A DNA stretch of 64,000 nt from the NCBI GenBank assembly GCA_964106645.2, contig OZ067041.1. One strand, 5' to 3'. The stretch is from Podarcis pityusensis (lineage: Eukaryota). Position numbers and translations under genes: made by a program. Positions within the stretch are counted from its first letter, which is position 1; every line of letters starts with the position of its first letter. Below the pieces are notes generated by a model. The model was not told where the DNA came from. It did not search any database and saw only the letters and a program-made list of their open reading frames with translations. Positions 10,694-24,489 of this stretch are shown piece after piece.

Positions 10694-10843
10694 ACTGGGA
10701 TAGCTCAGTTGGTAGAGTATGAGACTCCTAATCTCAGGGTTATGGGTTCAAGCCCCATGTTGGGCGGAAAGATTCCTGCATTGCAGGGGGTTGGACTAGA
10801 TGATCCTTGTGGTCCCTTCCAGCTCGACAATCCTATAGTTCTA
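10694..10843 (+). mobile_element. SINE with tRNA-Lys(CTT)-like head and CR1-type 3' tail
   Basis: TAGCTCAGTTGGTAGAGTATGAGACTCCTAATCTCAGGGTTATGGGTTCAAGCCCCATGTTGGGCG closely follows vertebrate tRNA-Lys(CTT); then ATTCCTGCATTGCAGGGGGTTGGACTAGATGA...GGTCCCTTCC. Confidence 0.85.
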
Positions 10844-11454
10844 CTATTTATGCAGCAGGGTCCCTGTCTCTAGAGTCCTAGAGCCACCCAATCAGCATGA
10901 AAGGGGAGCTTTTTGGACACTTCTCACCCTTTATGCTGGTTGGAGCCAATGAAAAATGAAATGAGGTGAGTCAGCCATTGAGGATTGGCTTCTAGGGTCA
11001 CTCTAGAGAAGGTATGTGGGATAAACACTGAGGAAGAGTTGTTTTGTATCTCCAAAGTTAATCATTTTGCCACTCTGAAAATGCTAGGTGTTTCAATTTC
11101 AGGAGAATGGTGTGCCAGTTCTGTTACATACAATGGAACTTCAAGGAAAACTCAATTTAAGGCAGTCCAAAAGAAGATATTGGAGCGCTCCAAATCATTT
11201 GTCCACATACATGCACAGAAAATAGATCTAGCTGAAAGGCAGCGCACTGAGACCTGCATTTATTGTTGCAATGCATCCTTAATTATTATTATTGTACTTA
11301 GATGATCCTCATGGCCCTTTCCAACTCTACAATTCTGTGCTCAACTTATTGCAGTGTAAATATGCAAACCATTTACTGGTACCATATTGTTTATACAACC
11401 AGGCAATTAGCAACTTCTATCACTGGAAGCAAAATCTACAGCTTTAAGGGGGGA

Positions 11455-11950
11455 ATTACATTTATACCCCACCCTTTTCTCCAGGATGCTCAAGGTGCCA
11501 TACATGGTTGTCCCCCTCCTCATTTAAACCCTGCAACATCCCTGTGAGATAGGTTAGACTGAGGGGCAGTGTGACTGGCCCAGATCACCCAGTGTGTTTC
11601 ATGGCTGAGTGGGGGGTCAAACCCTGGTCGGCCAGGTTCTGTTATTAACTGATTAATTAATTTTATATACCATCCTTCATCAAGAGATCACAGGGTAGTT
11701 TACAACATAAAATATGCCAAAATATGCCATATAATAATAGTAAAAGGGTGTGGGAAAGGCAACCATTCTGCTTTAAAGGGATACAGATTAACAGTTAGTT
11801 TCCTGGTTAAAGAGGAATGTTTTTGCCTGGTGCCTAAATATATGTATTGAAGGTGTCAGGTGAGCTTCCCTGCGGAGAGCATTCCAGAAATGGGGAGCCA
11901 CCACAGAAAAGGTTCTGTCTCGTGTTGCCTCACTCTGGGGCTCCATTGAG
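11455..11950 (-). mobile_element. MIR/CORE-like SINE fragment followed by an L2 3' fragment
   Basis: CAACATCCCTGTGAGATAGG...GACTGGCCCAGATCACCCAG core motif, then L2-type GAGCATTCCAGA..GGGAGCCACCACAGAAAAGG. Confidence 0.55.
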
Positions 11951-13749
11951 GGGACACTTTAACCACTGCACCATACTGTCTAGGGAATAAGTCCCATAGA
12001 GCACAATGGAACACGCTTAGAAGAAACCGCATGTAGGCTTGCACTGAAATTGGCAATGTCAGAGACAGAGCTCTGGTGATAAGGGAGATCTGGTCTCTCT
12101 CTGTCACTGTCTCTCTCAATTCACTGCTGCTGGATCCTTCAATGCACTGGCCCAACTGATGTCAGAGCTCTAGGGATGGAAGAGGTCATGTTGAGGATCT
12201 GCTAGGGGAGGATCAGGAAGGTACTTGGATCTGAAAGATTGAAAGACGTCTTGGTTCCCAAACTGGGGAGAAATACAGGTGACACCAGGAGCTCATTGAT
12301 ACCTCTTCCTTGAATTTTCCACGCATTGTTACCAATGGGAAGAAAATGGCTAGTGAATAAATATGGAGGAATGCAAGACTTTTTCTCCACTCTCGTTTCA
12401 GCTCAAGCTCAGCAGGGCATTGGAAATGGCAACTGAACCACCTTCAGATTCCTACCACCACCTCCACTTGAGGGTTTGCAGCCTAACATAGCCACCCTGC
12501 TGTGATTCTTCCTTGTGGATGATTCAAATAGGGTTCCAGAGTGCTGTTGTGGACTCTGTTTGCATCTTCAGTCCTAGCACATGTGACAGAGTAATAAACA
12601 GGGGGTTTAAAGTAACCTGCAGATCACAGTTCTCCCCTCACCAGTGATTAAAGGGGAAGCATCTTGCCCTCAATTATGTGCTTCTAAGTTAGATGCTATG
12701 CATCACTTCCGGGGTGGTATGAACTTCAGCACCTCCCGTTCTTGAAAGTGAAAAGCCCTTGATTGTTTTACCTAGTTTTCATTATAGAGGCTATAGCACC
12801 CTAATTAATAAACTGAAGTGTGTGTGTGTGTGAGAGAGAGAGAGTGTAAAACAAGATTGTAGCACAATATTATTGTAATTTTTTAATCTCACAGAAAATA
12901 ATTAACAGGGAAAACGTTGCAAGCTGAATCTTAGATCATGCATTGATCAAAGTAGCAGTGTATCAAATTGGAGCAGTGCAAGCTCACAGACTACTAATTA
13001 CATGGCAGCAAAGTTGAAGTCCTTGTTCGAGCAGTTCCCTTTGAAGTCAGGAAGGGGAACATGATGTTTAAGAAACGGAAGCCTCGGGGTCCCTATTCTT
13101 AAGTGTCTCTCTGAACTGGATCCTTAGTGTGAAACCTACAGGAGGGCAAAGGCGCCTTTAAACCTCCTTCATGAATCTCTCGTTATGGGAATGGCCAAGA
13201 GCTGGATCATTTCTACATAAATGAGGGCAGACTTAGATTATCATTTCCACCCAGGTAGTTACAACAAAAGAACTTGACAAGTGCAAGACCAGCCAGTTTT
13301 GAATGCTCAGCATTTATTTGTGTGTGCATGCCAGCATCACAGCAAATACACTTTCTTTTTGCTCAATCCATTATGCAATAGCCTTTCTGGTCTCCAGAAT
13401 CTGAGGCAAGCTATGAGCCAGATATTACGTAACAAATCAAAGCAGCTTCCTCTGACCCCAGGGGATGTTTTGGCAGCTAGGAGCAGCAGGAGCCTAGAGA
13501 TGCAGGGCAGGCAGGGGAGGGAAGTTCATAGGGGAGCTACAAAGCAGACTCAGCAGATTGTCCCTGCAGGAGGGAAGTGCTGGCTGGGTGCAGTTTGTCT
13601 TGGTGGATTGAAGCACAGCGGAAGACTGGTGTGGCCATCTACACATTGCCAGAAAAGAGGGAATGCATAGAAAAGGGGGGGGGGGGAGGACGCAGACTCG
13701 CATAAGATTGGCTGGTGGTAATTTATTTATCTTTTTACAATTCCTTTTA

Positions 13750-13850
13750 CAGTGGTACCTCAGGTTAAGTACTTAATTCGTTCCGTTCTTAACCTGAAAC
13801 TGTTCTTAACCTGAGGTAATATTTCTGGGTTAGCGGAGTCTGTAACTCTT
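13750..13850 (+). mobile_element. Internally deleted Tc1/mariner (Tigger-like) MITE
   Basis: TA-CAGTGGTACCTC terminus; matches the 32050 copy. Confidence 0.7.
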
Positions 13851-14029
13851 GTCTCACACAGAAGAGAGTGGACTCCCCCCTCCAGCTCTCAGCTGGGAGC
13901 TTCCCTTTCTTCTCCCAGCCTCCCACTCCATCCAGTTCCCCATCCCTGTCCTAAGGGTACGATTCTTTGTTTAGGGTTTAGGTTGTATTTAGGTTGTGAG
14001 GCTGGGGAGCTTGGCTGTAACTTTGTGGT

Positions 14030-14215
14030 GGGACCGTAGCTCAGTTGAAGAGCATATTGGATACAGAAGGTCTCAGGTTCAGTCCCTAGTATCTCCAGGA
14101 TCTGATACCAAGTGGTGACAAAGAAATGTGCCTGAGATCTTGGAGAGCTGCTACCATTCAGAGTAGGCAATGCTGAGCCACATGGACAGATCATATGACC
14201 TATCTTTCCTAGGGT
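14030..14215 (+). mobile_element. tRNA-derived SINE (Squam3-like)
   Basis: GTAGCTCAGTTGAAGAGCAT...AGGTTCAGTCCCTAGTATCTCCAGG...GGAGAGCTGCTACC. Confidence 0.65.
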
Positions 14216-14797
14216 TCTCTGTGGACACAGTCCTCAAAGCCATCCCTTAAAACATGGACAAACATGCATTCTAGTGCAGGAGAAAGGGAACTCAGAGCCC
14301 CTAATCAATTAAAGGCAAAATGGCATAGCGTAGCCTCTGTTCAGTAATTTAAAATATATGCCTGGTGGGATGCTTCTGTGCTGGAACTGTATAATGAGAG
14401 CAGGAGAGTGCACTGTCTCCACAGACATGTTCATGAAAATAAATACATCAGAATTCAAAAGGGAGATGTATTATAGGACAGAGTGCCCAGCAACACATAG
14501 CCTACTTAGTATTTCACTCTCAGTCAGCAGTTTAACATTTGCAAACACGAGCCTGAGATCACTTGCCTGACCACCTTACATTGTGATACTAGGATATAGC
14601 CATTATTACTATTTACTGCATTTATACCCAAATTTTATCCCATCCAGAACTCAGTGTAGCTCCCAGGAAGTTTCCTTCCCACCCAGCATTAACCAGATCC
14701 TGACCTAGTGGTACATCATCACCATCATCATCATCATCATCATGTCATAGAATCATAGAATTGTAAAGTTGGAAGGAATCCCAGGGGTCATCTGGTT

Positions 14798-14945
14798 CAG
14801 GCATAGGCAAACTCGGCCCTCCAGATGTTTTGGGACTACACTTCCCATCATCCCTGACCACTGGTCCTGTTAGCTAGGGATAATGGGAGTTGTAGTCCCA
14901 AAACAGCTGGAGAACCAAGTTTGGGAAATACTATGCCTATGCCTG
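14798..14945. mobile_element. Palindromic hAT MITE with chimeric right end, inserted in a - strand CR1 tail (14745-14980)
   Basis: TIRs CAGGCATAGGCA / TGCCTATGCCTG; TSD ATCTGGTT / ATCTAGTT. Confidence 0.85.
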
Positions 14946-15141
14946 ATCTAGTTCATTCCCCTGCAATGCAGGAATCTCAACCCTGAAAATGCCCTTAGGG
15001 CAGGGTTATCTAATGTGTCCTATCTAATGTGCAGCTCTTTTGGACTCCAACTCCCATGAGCCTTAGCCTACATAGGCTGTACTCAGGGAGTGATGGGAGT
15101 TGCAGTCCATAACATCTGCTATCCTTGGTTTAGGGGCACAA

Positions 15142-15290
15142 AGACATAGGGACATAGGAAGCTGCCTTATACTGGGTCAGACAATTGATCAGTCTAGCTC
15201 TGTATTGCCTACACTGACTGGCAGCAGCGCTCTGGAGTTTTCAGACAAGGACTTTTCCCCAATCCTACCTGGAGATGTTTAGGGGACCTA
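15142..15290 (-). mobile_element. tRNA-derived SINE (Squam3-like), 3' part
   Basis: GACATAGGAAGCTGCCTTATACTGGGTCAGAC...TCTAGCTC. Confidence 0.65.
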
Positions 15291-17804
15291 AGGACACTAT
15301 GTCAGATTCGTAGAGGATAAGTCTATCATGCCTGCTAGTCATAATGGCTTTATGTACTATTTCCAATATGAGGTGCTTTGTTTTATTCCATTGGCGGAGG
15401 GAGTATGACTCTGAATACCAGTTTCTGGGGAGCACAAGTGGGGAGAGTGCTGATCAGAACATGACTGCTTGTTGAAAAGGTAGCAAAGTGAAGACTTACC
15501 TGTTTGGGAATAGCCTGCAAGAAAAGATTAGCATCTTGGTCTTTTCCCAAAGTCCTCGATTCAAGGCAGAACAGTGAATATCTAGGATGTGGCAGGTACA
15601 TGAGTGCCCTCTTGCTTTCCTTAGGCTGTCGTGCATTGCTTTGTAAGACATGTTTGTTGCAGGCCAAAAGCTTATCAGCAAAATATGCTTTCCGTTTAGA
15701 GAATGCCATTCCCACAGTGCCAATTGATTTGTGTTGCAGACAGAGAGAGACTGGTACTGCTGCATGTAATTGGAACATCATCAACAAAAAGAGATGATAG
15801 GAGAAAAATAGTGTCATTTTTTAAATGTATTGGATCATGGCGCTCTCCCCATACATGGATTTGGGTCAAGAGTTTAGTACTACTTCTGTATCTGTGTAAT
15901 TAGCTGATAAAACGACCAAAAGATTAATGGCTTTTTGCTGCTGTTGCAGCTAAGGACAGATACTACAAACAGACATGTGATAACACTGTAACAGTCAATC
16001 CGGTTAATTATTGCTGGATTACAGTAGAAATCCTATCGATGTACTGATGAGACTCACATTAGGCTCAACAAATTAAGCATGATGATAATTATGCATGAAC
16101 TATTACAATGAAATGATAAGGGTCTGGGTTGTGATTCCAAAAGTATTACTGATATTGTTAGTTACTCAAAAGCAGGACTTGCTTGCTTCTCCCTCCACCT
16201 CTTTCTAAACCATGGATGTTTGTTCAGGTAGTGTTGGCTGCAGTGCTGAAAATGTCAATTATTTAATAGTTCAATAACATTCTGTATTGTGTTGTTGCTG
16301 GTGGCTGTGCAGAAAGCTTCAGTGTCTGCAGAATGCATTTCATATTGCTCTTACCAGCTTAAAGGTAGAACTGTTTGCTGAGAATTAATACGGTCTATTA
16401 TTCTTTTGGAGATTCTCATGCATAGTTGCATGCAGTCTCTTGATTTGCGGGGCAGATCTGATTGGAACGCTAGTCCAGCACTGGCATTCAAAGAGGAATA
16501 AATAGAACTTGACACCTAACCCCCTCCCCTTTCTAAAACCAATTTTGATAGGGGTTGGGGTGTCCTGCTTTACAGAGGGCAGTCCTCTATCTGAAGGGCT
16601 GTAATAGGACAGACCTTTATTTGAAGGAGTCCTCTATCTAAAGACCTATCCATTTTAAACCAAAATAACCAGAAGAAGGGAGGGCAAGAGGGATCTTAGC
16701 ATTACTTATCCAGAGCTAGCACCCAGATAGCAGACTGAACAGGAAAACAGAACACCTGGTCATCATATTCCTCATGGTGAGGTGCATTGTAGTTGTTGTT
16801 TTTAAAGTATAGTAATGAGTTCTAAATTTGCATCTATAATATACACTAGCATATGAAAAAGTATGCAAATCTGTGCTTCATTTGCTCACTTTTTTGGTGA
16901 TACCCAAGTGGTCACCCTGGTCTTACATTACTACAATCACAGATTTGTCACCTTAGGACAGCAATGTATTTTTTAAATGAAAAGGTTCCCTGGTTAGAAT
17001 CCAGGCAGCTGCTCTGTAACAGGTTAACCTCCCATTTTACAGCTTGGATGCCCACCTGAAAGAATAATACTTATCAATGCTTGTATCTCCTCTCTGGGGG
17101 TACTCAGTATATGGTCCATGGGCTGAAACCCAGTAGCTGAGACCATACCATCCGTCTCTTAAGTCCTGCCAATGGGCTTTTTGTTCTATGGGAGAACTTT
17201 TCTGGGTGCATCCTCCATTCTCTTTGGCTCAGACTGGTAGTTTCAGGTTTCCATAGGTCTTCCAGGCTAGAAGGCACAGATTAGAACAGAGGAACAGGAT
17301 GATCACGTGGCCAGTCTCCTGCCCAGTCTCCTGCCCAGGTGCCAACACTTGATAAGCAATGCTGAGATCCCTCTCATTTGCCCATTCTTCACCAGGATTT
17401 TGGAAAGGCACTTGGGTGGTGTAGGTTCAAATCTAGTAGTGATTGGCAGGGTGGGGCAGGCAGGACGGTGTTGTTCACCTGGATCCCCAGTGTTACTAGT
17501 GGTTACCCAGAGAGGTGAGGTGGCAGAGAGCTCAGTGTGGCATGGGCGCAGTACTGGAACCAATCTAATGTGCCTGCTTGTGTCTGCGCACTGCACCAAG
17601 CTCCTTTCTCTATGTTGGTAACCAGCAGCGATGCCCAGTGCTGGGAAGCCAAGTGAGCAATGATGCCCTGCCTGCAACATCCCACTACTACTGTTCAAAT
17701 CCCAGTTCCTTCTGTACCAGATCGAATCCTGCCCAATAGAAAAAGTGGTTCAAAAATCACTTGAAAGTGAAATGGGTGCATCCCTTTGCACCTTAAAGGT
17801 GTTA

Positions 17805-18182
17805 TAATAATTTTAATAATAATAATAATTTATTATTTATACCCCGCCCATCTGGCTGGGTTTCCACAGCCACCCTGGGTGGCTCTCAACAGAATATTAA
17901 AAACACAATAAAACAAACACTCAAAACTTCCCTAAACAGGGCGGCCTTCAGATGTCTTCTAAATGTCAGGTAGTTGCTTATTTCCTTGACATCTGATGGT
18001 AGGGTATTCCACAGGGGCGGGCGCCACTACCGAGAAGGCCCTCTGCCTGGTTCCCTGCAACCTCACTTTACGCAGTGAGGAAATCGCCAGAAGGCTGTTG
18101 GAGCTGGACCTCAGTGTCCGGGCTGAACAATGGGGGTGGAGATGCTTGTTCAGGTATACTGGCCCGAGGCTGTTTAGGGCTT
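17805..18182 (-). mobile_element. L2 LINE 3' fragment
   Basis: (AAT)n tail, TTTATACCCCGCCCATCTGGCTGGG stem-loop end, ORF2-like GCGCCACTACCGAGAAGGCCC. Confidence 0.8.
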
Positions 18183-19879
18183 CCTATTGTTTACCTGTTT
18201 AGGGTAAACAATAGGTTGCCAATCCTTTGACCAACTTTAAAAAGCCTGCTTTTGGACTACCTCTCTCTGTAAGCGAGCCAGCATTGCAGATTCTCCATAG
18301 GATTCTGTATTTACAGACAAGATTCAGGGCTGTGATGTTACAAGTTGTTTTGGAAAGGAGTATTTCCTCAGATTAGAAAGTCACATCTGACCTTGGCTGA
18401 GATGATACATAATGCATGAGAACATTTTGAGTCCATTTTTCACAATTAATCATGAATAAGCCAATTCCATGATGGGACCAAAAAGAAAGAAAGGATGTCA
18501 GATTCCATTTGTTTGCAAATGCATTGGCTTCATATTGTTAGCATGATTTGTGTGTCAGTTTAAAAAATATATATATTTACCAGTATTTATCTCTGCATTT
18601 AAAAGTGAAATGTGCATAGGAAATTGATCCTTTTTTAGGACATGTTAACTGATTAGTTTAATCTGCCCTTCACCAGCAGTTTGTGGGCATGCTTCCTATC
18701 CCCATTCTTCTCTGATGTTGTAAACTATTGTCTGTATTTCATTTAAAGCCTGTCTTTTCCTCCACATGAAGCTTCAGATCTCTCACACACCTTCAATAAC
18801 AATCTCATCCCCCAGTCATCTTCCTTAATATTGCTCAGGGAAGATTTCAAAGATCACTCTCTTTCACAGTTGCAAAGAAGGGTGAATCAAAAACACTTCC
18901 TACAGATATTCCTGGTCAGCTGAACAAATACTTCAGCAAAATCATGCTGCCCCCCACCCCCACTGTATCCCAGACAGAGATGAGATTTGCATCTTACAAC
19001 TTCAACTACTTATTTGAGTAAGACAGTATTGTTATTTTGCAGGTCATGCAAAATATTATTATGATTTTGTCATTGCCGCAATTACTTAGGTGAACAAATA
19101 GCACACCCCCCCAACAGTTGAGGAGAGTTCCCTTCAAACCATAAATCCACCACTCAGTCCCCTCAAGATAATTATTTTTGAATTTGCTCCAATTTTATGA
19201 TTCCCTTGGTCATCAGCAACATAGCTTTGCAGCCATAATTAGATCTATAAACCACTTTCCTTTCTTTTAACCAACTATGAACTGCTCTGGATGCTTTTTA
19301 AAAAAAAACACCTCTCAGCTTAAGAAAAGCTTTGTTCTGGACTGCTTCATTTATGTATTAGCTGCAGTAGAAGCAGCTAAATAAATAAATATGATATATA
19401 CTGATAATTAACTCCTTTAATGATGTTAATACTGGAAAGTTAAGCTGCTCTCACTTCTTTTATCATCCATGCTTTTCTCTTAATGGGATTTCCTTTCTGC
19501 TGCCAGAAGACATTGAGCCATATTTTGAAAATTCCTTAATAGCAGCCTTTTGCACCTTTCTTCATTGCCTAGCCCTTTGAAACCAATATACGTGTATTAT
19601 GTTTTTATTCACCTCTAATCTTCAAAGCTAACCTGAATTTAGTTATATAAAAGAATAGGAGCCATATCCTCTGGCATCCCATTGTTCCTTTCTCCTAAGC
19701 TGTGAGGAATGTTCTAGGGATCCAAGCCCCTCTTAAGCATTAAGTGCGTCTAGCAGTGAAGCTGCTGGGATTTGTCACTGAAGGTCTTTTTTATAGTTTG
19801 TCTAAAGGAAATCCATTCTGCACATTTTTCCTTGTATGCCCGATTCCAATGGACTCCAACCTTTGCAGATCCAGGATGC

Positions 19880-20070
19880 AGTGGCAAAATGGTGAATTCC
19901 ATGTTAGGGATCATTACGAAAGGGACTGAGAATAAAACTGTTGATATAATAATGTATACTTATCAACAGCAAAAACACCCTTGGAATATTGCATACAGCT
20001 CTGGTCATCTCACCTTGAAAAGGATATTGTGGAGGTGGACAAATGTTCAGAAAAGAGCAACCAGATGCCT
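19880..20070 (+). mobile_element. CR1 ORF2 fragment, degenerate
   Basis: Translates to LEYCIQLWSSHLEKDI...; CR1 post-RT motif. Confidence 0.7.
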
Positions 20071-20151
20071 GTAGGGAACCCAACTTGCTCCTTGCAACAT
20101 TATACTCAGTGTTCCCCCCCCCCCCAGAGGTACTCAAGGGTACACAGTACT

Positions 20152-20154
<3 letters not shown>

Positions 20155-20188
<34 letters not shown>
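20155..20188. repeat. (CA)n microsatellite
   Basis: Seen directly. Confidence 0.95.
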
Positions 20189-20190
<2 letters not shown>

Positions 20191-20321
20191 GTTAAAAGTG
20201 TGGTACTTACTATAACAACTTCATGGTGAGTACCGACAACCTTTTTCTTTTTGAAAAAGCACTAAATAGTTTTTACATGCTATCCACTCTACTGTACTGG
20301 CTCTCAGTTTTGTCTGAGATT

Positions 20322-20876
20322 GAACATAAGAAGAGCCTGCTGGATCAAGCCAATGGCCCATCTAGTCCAGGATCCTGTTCTCACATTGACTACCTAGATA
20401 CCTCTGGGTCAGGCATCCCCAAGCTCGGCCCTCCAGCTGTTTTGGGACTACAACTCCCATCATCCCTAGCTAACAGGACCAGTGGTCAGGGATGATGGGA
20501 ACTGTAGTCCCAAAACAGCTGGAGGGCCGAGTTTGGAGATGCCTGCTCTGGGGAAACCAACAAGCAGGACTTGGGCACAAGACCACTCTCCCCTCTTGTG
20601 GCTTCCAGTAGCTGGTACTCAGAAGCACTACTGCTTTGGACTGTGGAGGCAGAGCATAGCCATTATGGCTAGTAGCCATTGATAGCCTTTTGTCCAATTC
20701 TCTTTTAGAGCCATCCCATTTGGTGGCCATCACTGCCTCCTGTGGGAGAGAGTTCCATAGTTTAACGATGCACTACATGAGGAAGGACTTTCTTTTATCC
20801 ATCCCGAATCTTCCAACACTCAGCTTCACTGGCTGTCCCTGAGTTCCAGTGTCCTGAGAGAGGGAGAATAACTTTC
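20322..20876 (-). mobile_element. CR1 LINE 3' fragment (second subfamily) interrupted by a MITE
   Basis: GAACATAAGAAGAGCCTGCTGGATCA...CCATCTAGTCCAG; homologous to 26456, 47103 and 62147. Confidence 0.8.
20410..20545. mobile_element. Palindromic hAT MITE
   Basis: TIRs CAGGCATCCCCAAG / TTTGGAGATGCCTG; TSD CTCTGGGT / CTCTGGGG. Confidence 0.85.
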
Positions 20877-21818
20877 CTTCAATGTTATATTTCACTTTGT
20901 CCTCCTCCCCTACCTTCCAAAGTATGGTTGTGATGCCACGGGTACAACTCTTCTACCAGCCTTGCCATTTGAAAGCCAGCACCCCATCATTACCTGAGTA
21001 ACCAAAAAGCATGAATCAAAGGCAACCTTCTTCCATGTGCATTCTTCCAAGGGTGGTTTATATGAGCTTCCTCACAATCCTAATTTGTATCTTTTATTAT
21101 GCATTCATGAAACTGTACTAATGTATTTAACAGAGGTGATGATTACCGTTTCTCAGACCGTTCATCTTATAACTGTCCAGCATTTAACTACCCCTTTGGG
21201 TAATAATACACAACAATTGCAAGAAGCTTTTCACTGCCCCAAAGGTTGGGGTTAGGCAGAAGAAGAGATGTGATGCTATTCTGCTCACAGACTACCATTT
21301 AAAAAGAACATTGTTGCTAATACAACAGCAGGTACATTGAATGGGACTGCCGCTTAGGTTCTTATTTACAGTTTTCACCTTTCTTTTGAGCCAGCTGTCT
21401 TCGATAGAATCAAACCTACTCCTGAGGCAGTTTCCCTCCCCTCCCCCAATCTAAAAATAATTCACAATTGTGCATCTATTATATACTCTGTGATTTAGAT
21501 TTTTAAAAATGTAAGTTTGGCTATCATGTAAAAAGATAACGGATGGTACAAACATGTTTTGTTTTGTTTTTTTAATGTAGAAGCAAAACTTCTACAGCAA
21601 GGGCAAAAAATATTTTTAGGATTTGTTAACACAGAAAGAAAGAGTGGCCATTAAACAAGATGTTTCCCTTGACTCGCTGATCAGTGTCAATGCTAGGCAT
21701 AGTTTCAAATTATTGTTGTTGTTGTTATTGTTGTTGTTATTAAGCTACCTTGAAGAATGTAGTGGGGTGGCTATATAAATGTAGTGAATAAATACATAAA
21801 CATAAACTCTATTCTATA

Positions 21819-21955
21819 CAGGGATGGGGAATCTGTGACCAGCCAGGTGTTGCAAGGCTACAACCTCCATCATTCCTGACCATTGACTATGCTGGCTGGG
21901 GCTGATGGGAGTTGAAGTTCAACAACATCTAAAGAGCCACAGGTTCACCAGCCTT
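21819..21955. mobile_element. Older palindromic hAT (MER5-like) MITE; further decayed copies near 15000, 23715, 24715, 28255, 51295, 57735, 59215
   Basis: CAGGGATGGGGAATCTGTG...TACAACCTCCATCA...TGATGGGAGTTG...CCACAGGTT foldback. Confidence 0.65.
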
Positions 21956-24489
21956 ATTCTGAGATTAAAGCAGGTGTTCCTTGTGTATATGAGAGGAGTA
22001 GTAGCAGTGCAAGCTGGGCATGGGTGGAGCCTGGCTGCAGAAGGGCCCGGCATGCACCTCCCCTCTGGTCTACTTTGAACCTCCAACCACCCCACTTTTT
22101 AATTTTGATGAACTAGTCTAGAGAGGTCTTCAGGGTTGGTCCAGGTAAATGAGCTGCCTCTGAATCAAAAAAAGTGGACTGTTGTTTTATTTTAAATTGT
22201 TAAGCTGTTGGATGTGTGAGTTAGGTGTGGGACCATGCACAAGAACAATGAAAGAACAGAGGACATTTCACAGATGTGGGGATCATGGACAAAGAAGGTC
22301 ATCTCTCCAGTCATGGCTACATAAAATAGAGCACATGGTTTGTAAGCTCTTGTAGATTCATACATAATGCTGAGCCAAGGTTTGAATTTAGAAATCATGG
22401 TTTGAAATTATGTCTGTATACAACCTAAGGATTGCAGGGGGTTGGTTGGACTAGATGACCCTTTGGGTCCCTTCTCACTCTACCTTTCTAGGATTCTATG
22501 TATTGCAACCCCCATGAAGGCTGTTGCAAAATGAAATCACAGCTCCCCCCCCCCCCCCATGAACAACCACATTGCAATTTCATTTTGCTATCACAGTAGA
22601 ATCTGATATAAACACAAGTCTCCCTGGAAGCTATAAATTGCACAGCAATTGCCTCACTACAGCTCAGTTTTGTTAAGTTTCACAGACCATTTTTAAAATC
22701 AGATGCCACTTATTATTTTATCTGGAAAGCACCTAAATCATCAGTGTTCATATAGATATCACATAAAACCATATCATGGGAGAGGTCCAATGAGCTTATT
22801 TTAGTCATTTCGTTGTAATTCAGATTTTCCATTTGGGTTCATATTAATCAAAAACAGGACCAATCATTTTTACTTGGCATTCTGGTAGCAGAGATTCAGC
22901 TTCCTCATGACATCAGTTTTGAGATGGCTGGTCCCATGTTGGTCATCTTTATGCTGCGGGTTGAATGGGAGTCAAGGCATTAAACATGTACCCCACTGCA
23001 GGGTCGATAGATGCCACACTATAGTTATTCATTATCCAGTCTGCCTTAAGATCAAAGTCCCACCTGGAAGCATAAAAATGCATGATCAAGACACTAGATT
23101 TTATATCCCAGAGTGGCTAGCTCTGTGGTTACTCTTGGTTTAAGATCATGAGTTATGGGAAACAACAATAATCAGTTTGATGAGTTAAAGCATTCCACAC
23201 AACTTTGAGAAAAGGAGGAACTGGAAGTCCTGTAGAGGTGGAAGCTGACTTGTATTTTTCTTTTGCAATGCACATCACTGAAAATGATGCAAACCATCAA
23301 GCCCTGTCAGTTTTTCTGCAAAGGAATTGGGTGTGCAATACTTATTTCAGACCTGTAATGATTCCATATTGAGATAACTCACTCTATGCTGTTTGCATGA
23401 TCCACTTAAAGAACACTTGGTCATATCTTGATTTCCCCCCAAAACAGACTCCTTCAGCAAAGAGTGTACCTGCATCAACCTAGCTCACTTTCACTGCAGG
23501 GAAAGTTCATCTGTACCAATAGTCTCCTTCAGTCTTTTCAGACCTGCTTTTTAGTCCAAATATGCATTTCCTCCCTTCTTCTTTTCTTTTTTCGGTAGGG
23601 TGGTCATGCTCCTGTTGTGATCCACCTTACATCAGACCTAATTGTGGTTTCTGGCCCACGGTCTTCATATACTTAGTTTTTTTACCTGAAATTAGTCTGT
23701 GAGCCTTTTAGGCATGGTTTAGGAACAGTTGTGCCTCCTGAGAGTGTTGGACCACAGCTCCCACCAGGCCCAGGAATTATAGGAATTGTGATCCAGCAGC
23801 ATCTGGAGGGCTGTAGGTTCCCTGTCCTCATCTTAGCAGGCATTGTTTGAAGCCTAGACTGTCTCTTTAAGCGTTGTTGTCTATGACAGTATAAACATAA
23901 GATGGACTATGAACTCCTGTCAATGACAAGACACAGCAAAGTAAAGCAAAAAGTGAAACCAACCCATTTGACATGCTGAAAAAATATATACTGAGCTCGT
24001 TCCAAGTATATATTTCTAGGATAATAGCAGGTCAATTTATATCTCGATTTTCTATTACTGTGCAAGATTACTAACAAAAGAGGGAAATACTGTTATTTTA
24101 CCCTGGGGGCGGGGAGGGAAAACTGTGTTTTGTAAGCCCCGAATGGCTTTGGATTGTAGTAGTTTGCACACCTAAAAAGAAGAAAAAGTGCAACCATCTG
24201 TTTTATTTTGTGAAAGTCTTGCTTTTCTGAAACAGAAACCAAGGAGGCATAGCCTTTAAAGCTCGGATATGAAGCTCTTGAGCTGTTGACATGCCACCAC
24301 TGTAGCCACTAGCTCTTCCAGTTTTAAAACTAGTTTCTGTAAAGCTCCCAGCCATTCTGTGCAAAGCATTTTCTCTTTCTCTCATACTCATGAGATAGTG
24401 CTCAGACTGACTCCTGCTCCTTACAGCTTCCTTCGTTCACTGTAAGGTCAACTGCTCTCTTATAGCAAAGTGTGAATGCATATCTTCAT

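Noticed and set aside
16044-16075. CTGATGA hammerhead-core match
   Set aside because: No stem II followed by GAAA and no stem I
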